Assembly (NCBI GenBank): GCA_964016885.1
Contig: OZ024755.1
Coordinates: forward strand, 7,068,001-7,132,000
Direction of reading: 5' to 3'
Length of the DNA: 64,000 nt
Origin: Eledone cirrhosa
Lineage: Eukaryota
Shown one piece after another: positions 52,765-64,000 of the stretch. Position numbers and translations under genes: made by a program. The notes beneath the pieces are model-generated. The model saw only the letters and a list, made by a program, of their open reading frames with translations. It made no database searches and was not told where the DNA came from. Numbering within the stretch: position 1 is the stretch's first letter; each line of letters opens with the position of its first letter.

Positions 52765-53799
52765 GTATGTGCATGCGTGTGTGTGTTTGAATATACGTAT
52801 TGAGAATATATTCTCGATGTCTGGCAAGGAATTATTGTCAATATAACTGTGGTAATGTTGGCAGTGGTGGCGGTGATTCTGCTGGTGATGATGGTAGTGT
52901 TGGTAGTGGTGGTGTTGGTGGTGATGGCGGTGATGGTGGTGATGGTAGTGTTGGTGGTAGTGTTGGTGTTGGTGGTGATGGTGGTGTTGGAGGTGATGGT
53001 GGTGATGGCGGTGATGGTGGTGATGGTGATGATGTAGTTGATGGTGGTGTTGGAGGTGATGGTGGTGGTGGTGGTGATGGTGGAGGTGATGGTGGTGGTG
53101 CTGATGTTGTTGTTGTTGTTGGTGTTAGAAACATCTGCTACCTATCGCTAGTCACCTTTGACATATCACTATCTTTACATGACGGCAGAATACGTTACTT
53201 TCAGCTGTCGGCTGTTTCAACCAAATATTTCTCAAACCAGTAATGTTCCATTTCATTTTTCCAATCTTCCCCCCCCCCCCACCTTTCCGTTCACTTCCGT
53301 CGCCTTCCTCCCCATCTTTCCGTCCATCCCTCTCATCTTTCCGTCCACTTCCATCCTTTATTCTGCTTTCCATCCATTGTCCCATCTTTCCGTCCAATAC
53401 TACAACCTTTCCTCTCACTTAGCCCTCTTTCCGTCTCCCATTTTTCTCTACTTTTCCTCCACTGTCCCCTCTTTCGTTTCTTTTAATCCATCCATTGTCT
53501 CCGTCTTTCCGTCCATTTCTCCCAGCTTCTGCCTCCCCCCTTTTTTTTCCATCCATTCCCCCCCCCCCCCCCGTTCCAGTGCAGTGTACCTTGTAAATCA
53601 CAGACAAAGACCATAAACTGGGCTTAAACCGGACGACAGATTAAGTTTTCTACTCATTCACCGTAATACTGCTGCATGGAAAGAAAAGACTCATTGCCAT
53701 AGTATTCGAGATGTAGGTCCATAATATATTTGCAGTTAAAAGCAACCCTAATTGGCTGACCTTAACTTTTTGTGTGTAAACATTTTATAAAATGTGGAA

Positions 53800-54130
53800 A
53801 TAGTAGTAGTAGTGAACACAACCATAAGGATATGGTCCGAACGTGGAAGAGCCGAACGCCCACCGTCATTGCCTCCATCTCTCTCGCCCTCCTCGTCTCT
53901 CTGTATGGTGAGTAAATGGGCTGGCTTCCCCCACAGTTCCGGCGGTCAGAATGGAGAAGGCGTTTCCCCGGAGGATGGTAAGGGAGATGCGCTGGAAGAG
54001 CCATTCCAACTCGTGAGGCTCACACCTGCGGCTGGCCAGCTCAGCGCCAATGGTGGTTAGTAGAGAGGTAGCCCTAGGGCCAAGAACACCAGAAGTCTCC
54101 ACTGCCAAGGGCACGACCACGAACCTGTCG
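53800..54130 (-). mobile_element. 3' end of a CRE-like (restriction-like endonuclease) non-LTR retrotransposon
   Basis: VPLAVETSGVLGPRA...WLFQRISLTILRGNAFSIL motif and short (TAC)n tail. Shorter copies at ~48225-48420 and ~46200-46350. Confidence 0.65.
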
Positions 54131-55266
54131 GATATTTTCTTACCATTTAACTAAATGGCTATTCCGAAAGATTTGAGTACTCTGTTAGTGGATATCTTCT
54201 GATCCAGTTTCCAAACTTGGATTATTTTGCAGAGAATTATTCACAACGCCCTTCTTTAAGCCTGCATCGTTGATCTTACTTCATTCTTCACATCTAACAC
54301 CCGTCCACAATATTATCTAGGTGCACTATAACAACTTCTGGCATGTTGCCCATGTTTTAGTTTCTTTACCTTTGTGTGTGAAGTTAGTAGAAATTGAATT
54401 TTATTGCTGGTGGATTGGCAGTATCGGGAGAGGATCGGACGCCATGCTTTGCAGCATAGAGTTACGTCCCTTTCCGGTCTGAATTCAAATCCTGCCGAGG
54501 TTACCTTTGCCTTTTATCCTACGGGGTCGATATAAAAAGTACCAGTAAGGCACTGGGGTCGATTTAGTGGACTTTTCCCGCCGAGTTTAGCTTTGCCTTT
54601 CATCCTTACGTAATGCACTGGGGTAGATTTAATCGAATTTCTCTCCTCTCTCCAAATTGCTGGCCTTGTGCCTAAATCAGAAACCATTATTATTAGAAAA
54701 TAATGGTTTCTGATTTAGGCACAAGGCCAGCAATTTGGAGAGAAGAGAGAAAGTCTAGGGCGGTGGATTGGCAGTATCGGTAGAGGGTCGGGCGCCATGC
54801 TGTGAAGCATAGAGATACCTCCCTTTATGATCTGAGTTCAAATCCCGCCGAGGTTAACTTTACCTTTCATCCTTACAGGGTCGATAAAATAAAGTACCAG
54901 TAATGCACTGGGATAATTGCTGGCCTGGTGCCAAAAGTAGAAACAATTATTATTAGAAAATAAGAATAGATAATAGCGACAGAATATTTGCAAAAGATAA
55001 CACTATAGCCATAAAATTTAATTGATAAAATAAAGAAATATAATAAGTGTTTGAAAGTATTACTCATAGTGGAGAGAATTTTATATTTTAGTTATGTTTT
55101 CATTGATATTTTTTATTGTATAGTTACCATCTTTGTTTGGTCTTAAGTCAGTATATACAATAGGAGAACCACGAACTATCCTCTCTCTTAATCTACAATA
55201 TATATATTAGATCACATTTACAATACTGAGAGTTTAAATAATTAAATAACCCATGTATCCATTCCA

Positions 55267-55341
<75 letters not shown>

Positions 55342-55437
55342 GGAGGTGAGTTTTATTGTAGTACAATAAAGCAATGCAGATATCGGATAAGAAGCACTCT
55401 ACAGTTTGTAGGACTGGAGTATATATAATATAATATA

Positions 55438-55483
<46 letters not shown>

Positions 55484-55952
55484 AGAGGGACAAACCAACA
55501 TTTGTTGATTCTTAAAGGAGCTTAAATTGCTTATGGTGCCTTTCCCGGACCCTATCACATGAGTAAAATGTTACGCTAATTAAATTTTAATTATTCAAAT
55601 GAAGTTCAGATAAAAAAAAAATAAGCTTAAAAAGAATTTATTATATCAAATAAACAAAAAATAAAACATAGATGTTTGAAAAAGTGTGTGTGTGGGGTGG
55701 GTGGGGGGGTGGGTGGTTGGGGGAGGGGTTGTTCCCTAGTACCCCCCTGAAACAAGGCCCTTGTATATATATATATATTCGGTATACAAGCAGGCGCTCC
55801 AAGCAAAAATACACACTTATTTGCCTCGAAAATGTTACCTTTTAATCAATTATTTGCTATCTGAAGAAATCACGATATCAATCATCATTGAAATATGTAT
55901 AACGGGTCAATTAGTAAAGGACCCTAACATCTTCAACTTTGCATTTTCTTCT

Positions 55953-55997
<45 letters not shown>

Positions 55998-55999
<2 letters not shown>

Positions 56000-56422
56000 G
56001 GGCGGGTAAAATTCCCGAGATCCATGGATGAGTTCTCTCCAGCGGTCTCTGTCCCTCATTATCGCTGCCATGTCCTGCGTCTCCAACAGACCAGTGTCTG
56101 TCCTTAGGGCATCAACATACGTTAACCTTGGTCTTTTTCTTCTAGTGTGTCCATGTAGGGGCTCCCACAGGAGCAGAGTGCAATGTCAACTCTGGATGTC
56201 GGGGAACATGTCCAGCTAATCTCAGTCTCCTCTGTGTCACTTTTGAGCTGACTCTTGGGAGGCTCCCATACAGCTCTGAGGTTTTCATTCTCAGTGTACA
56301 CTGATTAATGTTCAGAGCCATCCTCGGCATTCTCGTGTAGCACCCATCCACCATCTGAGTGAGTTTCTTGGCCAGTGTCCAAGTCTCAGACCCGCACAGC
56401 AGCACAGACTCCACTATATAGA
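55998..56422 (-). mobile_element. LINE ORF2 C-terminal fragment (RTE-group-like)
   Basis: VESVLLCGSETWTL...DGCYTRMPRMALNI...RRLRLAGH, ending in a (TAGA)n tail. Confidence 0.65.
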
Positions 56423-56423
56423 C

Positions 56424-56480
<57 letters not shown>

Positions 56481-59400
56481 ACACAACAGTTAGTTGACCA
56501 TACCGAGAACAATTGTTTCACCTTATGCGGATCTTCAGTTCGGACTGGTAATGGTTATAACTATAATATATATATATATATATTGTTATTCTTTTTTCTC
56601 ACTAATTACTGCTTGTTTGTTTCGCAGGTGTAGACTATAGAAAATCAACGCATATGTGACGACTTGCAGACTAGTGCCTATAATTAATATCTGTTAAAAT
56701 CTATATGAATTGCTTTGACGCAAGTGATATCGAAGTTCGAACACGGCACATTCTTTCGTTAAATGTAATATTTTCTACGTTAAATGCAGAATTTTCTTAA
56801 ATCATTTGTGACATTGTACTTACACTTCTGTCTGCATTTTACCTAACACGACTTGAGTTGGTTCCAGCTAGGCCATCCACTGCATCAAAATCAGAGGCCA
56901 CCTCTGCACAGGGGTCACAGACATCCAATATATATCATGTCAGCCAGTCACGATTCCAATAACAAACAACATATATGTGAGGATCAGATAGTAATTCAAG
57001 ATCACCAATATTGATTTTGTCAATCTACCTTTTCAACTGTCCACTCATCGTTTGCACCGTTATGTAAGGGCCTTTGGCGCAACTGCATTGCGGATGAATT
57101 CACTTCGTAGAGCAGCAGAGTACATTTGAATTTGTGTGGTGGGTATGTCTAATACTGATATTAAAGTTGTTACGAATTAGACTTGCGTAGGTTTGGTCAA
57201 TTTTCCAACTGAGACTGTCTGTTGAAACTAAAGCAATTACATCTTGCAAGAATCATTTATCACTTTTGCAACAGTTGTACATGTCTGGTAACTGACTTGA
57301 TCTAAGACTCTGTTGAAATTAAAGCAATTACATCGCGGAAGAGTTATTTTAGCTACAGTTGTACATGTCTGGCAAACAACATGATCTGAGAGAATTGTAT
57401 TTGTCTGTGTTGAAACTAAAACAATTACTTCATTAAAGAATCGTTTTAGCCATTAACAAACATAAAAACTGTTAACTTTATTAAAACAAAATTATCCTTT
57501 ATTTGTTGGTGTCAAACTTTTCGTTGCATTATGTCAGAAACGAGGTCCTAAACAGTACGACGCGAAGTGTAATACTAAAAAGTATTTGTGAGTTGTGAAT
57601 GGCTAGAATGAAGCTTCCACGATGCAATTTATTTTAATATTGAGTATACTCTTAGGGTGGTGGATTGGCAGCATCGGTAAAGGATCGGGCGCCATGCTTT
57701 GCAGCATACAGTTACGGACCTTTACGGTCTGAGTTCAAATCACGCCGAGGTTAACTTTGCCTTTCATCCTTACGGGGTCGATAAAATAAAGTACCAGTCA
57801 CGCACTGGGGTCGAGTTAATCGACTTTCCCCGCCTCCCAAATTGCTGGCCTTGTGCCTATATAAGAAACCAATATTTAGTATACTCTTTAATCTTTTTTA
57901 ATGTTCTTATGTTTAATATAAGGCGGCGAATTGACAGAGTCGTTAAGACGTCGGAAAGAATGCTTTACGGTATTCGTCCCACGTCATTGCGCACTCTGAG
58001 TTCAAATCCCACCGAGGTCAACTTTGCCTTTCATCCTTTCGAGGTCGAGAAAAAAAAAGTACCAGGCCAGTACTGGGGTCGATTCTTCCTCTATAGAAAC
58101 AAATCGGTTAAGTTCAGACCTGGAGAGGGTTGGATTCCGCCAGGTTTAAACGTGCTCTAGACACACCATATGACGGGGCCTCTACGACTCCACAAGGAGT
58201 TATGGGATATTTATCCTTATGTTTAATATGTGAAAATTGTTTACCTCTCATGTTTTATTTCAAAATATAGAAACTCGACTATATTTATTGTCTTGCTTTA
58301 TATTTTTTCCTTGTGTGTATATTTTGTTGTTATCAAATAAATTAGAGGTGTTCATTAGAGCTGGTTGCTGGAATGTTGGTTAGAGCTAAGTATATAGTTG
58401 ACATCTTTCACCACACCCACTCTAAACTAGCCTTATTAAGTTATCAGATAGAGGAGATGTGCTAGTTGTTTGGAGATTGAGCTGTATCGTATTGCTTCTA
58501 ATCAGGAAGCTGGTAATTCTCCTTGCCTTTTTTATCAACTTAGCTGCTATCTTACCCTTATTCAAAAAAAACAAAAACAAAGTAAAGATGAAAAAAATTT
58601 TTTTTTGGCTAAATATGCCAGTAGCAATTATTTGGTTTTGGTAAGTAACTCTGTCTCTTTATAAAGTTTTGATAATGTTGTGAGGAAAAGAAACACTCAG
58701 TTATTATTCTAAAAAAAATTCCTTGTTTAATTGTGTTCATAAGCATGGGTGGTCTCTTACTTTATATATCATCTCTAGAATTGTGTTTTCTTCAATTTTG
58801 GTTTTGTAGAGTAACTATCGTAGATTTAATAGTGGTTCCCGAAACATCCTCATTTTTTTTTTTTTTTATTAGGGGTTAAAATGAAATGGGGAAAAAATAA
58901 AACCTAACGATATATTTATTACCCTTGAAGTAAGAAAACAACCAGAACATTTACGGTGACCCCGGTCGCTGAATTGCCGTTTCCCTCCGCTTAATTGAGA
59001 GGAGGTGGAATGACTGATGCAGCAAGCATCGCTGGCTGTCCTTTAAGACAGTGTGTTCATGATCTTTGTCACGGGGCGCAGCTGAGATATACCATCCAAA
59101 CCAATGGTCTAGAGCAGAGGTTCTCAAACGTTTTGGGGTCACCGCCCGCTCTCACTCATGGTCACGTTATACCCTCAGCGCCCCCAACCCTATTTCCAGA
59201 GAGACCTGCCTACATGCAAATTGTAAATAATATATAAATAAAATCGTTAATTGATATATAATACTATAATAAACACTATATATGAATAAATATATATTGC
59301 GCCCGCGGAAATTTCTCCGTCGGCTATTAGAGTTGTTTGAATGGAAGCTCTCTCCTCAGATCTGTTTAACCCTGTTTAACTCTATATTTACTATTGTATT

Positions 59401-59952
59401 TTCACGGTAAAAGTTTTACCTCGCATAATTATCTCATATAATATCAAATCTACAAGATTTTGATATTATTTATTTTGAGAAAAACACCTTAACATCAGTA
59501 TGAGTGGCCAGTTACAGCCAGTTTGACCAGAGAGAGGTGACAGAATTCTGGCTAAATAGTTAATATTTAAATGCTAAATGCTAAATGGTAAATAGTTAAT
59601 ACTTAAATGCTAAATAGTTAATGTTGAAATGCTAAATGCTAAATAGTTAATATTTAAATGCTAGATGCTAAATAGTTAATATTTAAATGCTAAATGCTAA
59701 ATAGTTAATGATCCAGTATGGCCAGTGGAAATGTCGAAACTATGTTTGCACTAACCACCCACCCTGTAACGCTGTAATGGAAATACACCGATGAATCATT
59801 GTCTTTCTGTGTTCACATTTAACAATGAATTCTATTGAAGAACATCAAAAATAAAAATAACTGATCTGGCAGCAGACATAATATATGTGGCTCTCTATAA
59901 TATGTCTTAAGTAAAGGACATTGTAATTGTTGCATGTGTAATGTTAGATATT

Positions 59953-60036
<84 letters not shown>

Positions 60037-60240
60037 CTCTCTCTCTCTTGCTCTCTTTCGCTCGCTTTTTTTCTCTCTCTCTCTTGCTCTCTTTCTCTCT
60101 CTCTCTCTTGCTCTCTTTCTCTCTCTCGCTCTCTTTCTCCCATCCTTTCTTGCTCTGTGTCTCCTCTCTCATCTCTCTCTTTCTCTCTATCTCGTTTCTT
60201 TCTATATCCCCCTCTCTCTCTATTTATTCCCCCCCCTCTC

Positions 60241-60273
<33 letters not shown>

Positions 60274-60657
60274 GCACATCTATACATGGAATGGATGGCA
60301 GCCAGTTTCGACGATGAGTATTCCGAACTTTGGTCAACAGAACAACCTGCTCAGGAAATTAACCTATTAACGCGAAAGTGACTGAGAATTCCACACACAT
60401 AGTTCTCAGGGAGATTCAACGTGACACAGTGTGTGTGACAAGGTTGGCAACTTGAATTACAGGTACAATTTCATTTCTGCCAGCTGAGTGGACTACAGCA
60501 ACGTGAATGAGGTTATTGCTTAAGGATATAATGTACGGTGTGGGAATCGAACTCACAACCATACGAAATATGGTCGTGAGTCTAATACCCTAGTCACTAA
60601 GCCACATGCCTTCACACACACATATACACACATACACGCACATACATATATACACAC

Positions 60658-60788
<131 letters not shown>

Positions 60789-60815
60789 ATATATATATAT
60801 ATGTATATATATACA

Positions 60816-60972
<157 letters not shown>

Positions 60973-61714
60973 CCCGTTCGCCATATCTTTATGACGTACT
61001 GTAAAGTATGGTTTGAAAGGAGCCATTGTTTAGAGATTTATAAGAATAGAAGCAGAAAGATTGAACCAGCCAGCCCCTCTCCCGCACGCGTCCCCGCCCC
61101 CGAAAATAAATAAAAACAATCAAAAACAAAGACAACCCCCCCCCCCCCAAAAAAAAAAAACAACACCTAACAAACCAAACAAATGATGAGGTGTTTTGTA
61201 GTATGTAGAGGTATTTTGACTATGAATAGCTTAAAAGTGTAAAATATGTAGGATCTAAACGACTTGATCTAGTTAGATCTAGCGAAGACAAGAGAATAAG
61301 TTCCACCAGACAAAATCTGTCAACACCCAATATAGTATAAAAGAAATTCCATGATAGCCCTCTGCCTACTCGTAGCAATGGACCACTCTCAGATTAGAAA
61401 CTTCTCATTCCATTCAGAAAAGAAATATTTCTTCATCACGTATAATCTCACCACATTAATTAAAGGGTCGGACGCCATGCTTTGACACATAGAGTTACGG
61501 CCCTTGCCATTCTGAGTTCAAATCCCGCCGAGGTTAACTTTGCCTTTCATCCATACGGGGTCGATAAAATAAAGTACCAGTAATGTACTGAGTAATTGCT
61601 GGTCTTGTGCCAAAAGTAGAAACAATTAATTAAAGAATTAAATCAGAAACTAAAATGAAAAATTGCTTTAGCCACGTGTCAAATAATATTGTTACTACAA
61701 AGCCAGCGACACCC

Positions 61715-62068
61715 ATGTATTTAGCGACTTTAGGCAAGCTCTACCTTGCGTACCTCGGTTTTTAGAGTCTTTGGCGAGCTCTACCTTGTGTACCTGGGTA
61801 TTTAGTCTCTTTAGGCGAGCTCTACCTTGTGTACCTGGGTATTTAGCGTCTTTAGGCAAGCTCTATCATGTGTACCTGGGTATTTAGAGTCGTAGGCATG
61901 CTCTACCTTGTGTACCTGGGTAGTTAGCATCTTTAGGCTAGCTCTACCTTCTATACCTGGGTAGTTAGAGTCCTAGGCTAGCTCTACCATGTATACCTGG
62001 GTATTTAGAGTCTTAGGCCAGCTCTACCATGTGCACCTGGGTATTTAGAGTCTTAGGGCAGCTCTACA
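61715..62068. repeat. ~40-bp minisatellite, ~9 units
   Basis: Unit approximately GCTCTACCTTGTGTACCTGGGTATTTAGAGTCTTAGGC(A/G/T)A. Confidence 0.85.
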
Positions 62069-63368
62069 GCATGCATTTTCTCACTTTTTTTATAACTTGA
62101 CTGTGAAGTGGTCAGTTCACTTTGCTTCGACTCTTCCTTCTCTCTTATTATCATTAGTTTCAGGCCCAGGGCAGTGGATTGAAAGTATCAGTAGAACATC
62201 GGACACCATAGTTCGCGGAATAGAGTTACAGACATTTGCATTCTGATTTCAAATCCGGCCGAGGTTAAGTCTGCCTTTCATTTTTACACGGTCGATAAAA
62301 TAAAGTGCCAGTAATGAACTGGGGTCGATTTAATCGACTTCCTCTTTCCCAAAGAGACTATTAGGGCTCTGGATTGTGTAGTATACCTTAAAATATCCAA
62401 ACTTACAAAGACCCCAGTAGACAGTTAAATGCCGGAATTCTCCATGTATTTCACTTCGCCAAAGTTTTCATTTCATTCCTCGGTTGTCTCACATCTTAAT
62501 TTTGTATCTCCCCCTCTCTTACTCTCTATAGACATACATACATACATACATACATACATACATACATACATACATACATACATACATACATACATACATA
62601 CATACATACATACATACATACATACGCACATATATATATATATATACAGATGTAAACACACACACACACACACACACACAGACACATACATATATATATA
62701 TATATACATACATACATATATATATACATGTATATATATATGTGTGTGTGTGTATGTGCGTGTGTGTTTGTGCGTGTGTGTATATATCTGTATACACATC
62801 AGTATGTCTGTATGGCTGTTGGTGGCAGAGTGTGTATTAGAGAATTCTATAAACCTCTCCCAACAGAAATTAGTAAACGAGCAAAGGGAAAAGAATATGG
62901 CTTGAAGTGAGCTGTAACTACAAAGACGTGATGGAATTAATGATAGAAATGGCATCTTCTCAAAGATAAGTCCTCAGTTCCAGCGTGTAACGGAACAACC
63001 AAAGTGTGTAAGAAGTGAATAGCCTAGTGGCCTTATTTTAGGGGAAAATCAAAACAAAATCTTGATTAAAATTACATCTTTCTTATATATATATTTATCT
63101 CATTGAATTTCTGACAAAATGGTGATGATGATACTGATAATGAAGATGATGGTGGTGATTAAGGCGATGTTGATGATGATGAGGATGGTGATAATAATAA
63201 TAAAGGTTTCTGATTTAGGCACAAGGCCAACAATTTTGGGAGAAGGGAAAGTCGATTAAATCGACCCCAGTGCATTACTGGTACTTTATTTTATCGACCC
63301 CCGTAAGGATGAAAGGCAAACCTAACCTCTGCAGGATTTGAACTCAGAACGTAAAGGGACATAATAAT

Positions 63369-63440
<72 letters not shown>

Positions 63441-63840
63441 AATAATAATAATAACAACAACAACAACAACAATATAGGAATGCAGTAAAACTGTCCTTTG
63501 TGCTCCTTTTTTAGGGGACAATGTTGAACGAGATCCCTCGAAAAACATACAAAACATAGAAATAAGAGATTTGAATAAAATGAATGACTAAGCTATTGGT
63601 GAGGAAACAGATGTTTAAATATCTTTGATAATGGCCTCTTTATAGGGTAAGATGGCCGTCAGAAGTATGATAGTCATTATAGTCGTTAGAACTGTTTAAT
63701 TTGTACAGTGAACAGTGGACAGCAGTTTAATGGTGAGGTCTAACCTACTCAGACATTGTTGTTATAAGCAACAGGCAACTTGGAAATTAGTGACGACTGT
63801 AAAATGATGAGTAACATGGCTTGTGTCAGATCAGATAGTT

Positions 63841-63964
<124 letters not shown>

Positions 63965-64000
63965 TATATATATATACAGTATATATATATACAGTATATA

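Noticed and set aside
52311-52846. ORFs in (TA)n/(CA)n/(GA)n tracts (also 59819-61113 and 62429-62955)
   Set aside because: Dinucleotide microsatellite artefacts.

Overview
AT-rich, microsatellite- and SINE-dense animal genomic DNA; the repeat families suggest an octopus or other coleoid cephalopod (inference). Three protein-coding genes can be assembled. (1) RPL29 on the minus strand: probable non-coding 5'TOP exon at ~33726-33760 and coding exons 21650-21686, 15960-16024 and 15458-15628 (90 aa). (2) A three-exon class A GPCR with an NRY motif (Moody/Tre1/melatonin-receptor-like, 378 aa), nested antisense inside RPL29 intron 1. (3) A Rad6/UBE2A-type E2 with an intronless CDS (39088-39570). 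The RPL29 introns hold an expanded snoRNA array on the host sense strand: eight copies of an H/ACA RNA whose two pockets match the snR34/SNORA65 sites in the 28S peptidyl-transferase region, four paralogues with the same scaffold but rewritten pockets, two copies of another H/ACA RNA and two copies of a C/D RNA. Also present are two identical tRNA-Arg(TCT) genes, several type I hammerhead ribozyme motifs in Penelope-like inverted repeats, a decayed Tc1/mariner element, MITEs, RTE- and CRE-like LINE tails, and several minisatellites. All calls were read by eye; rRNA target sequences were recalled from yeast/human, and repeat boundaries are approximate.
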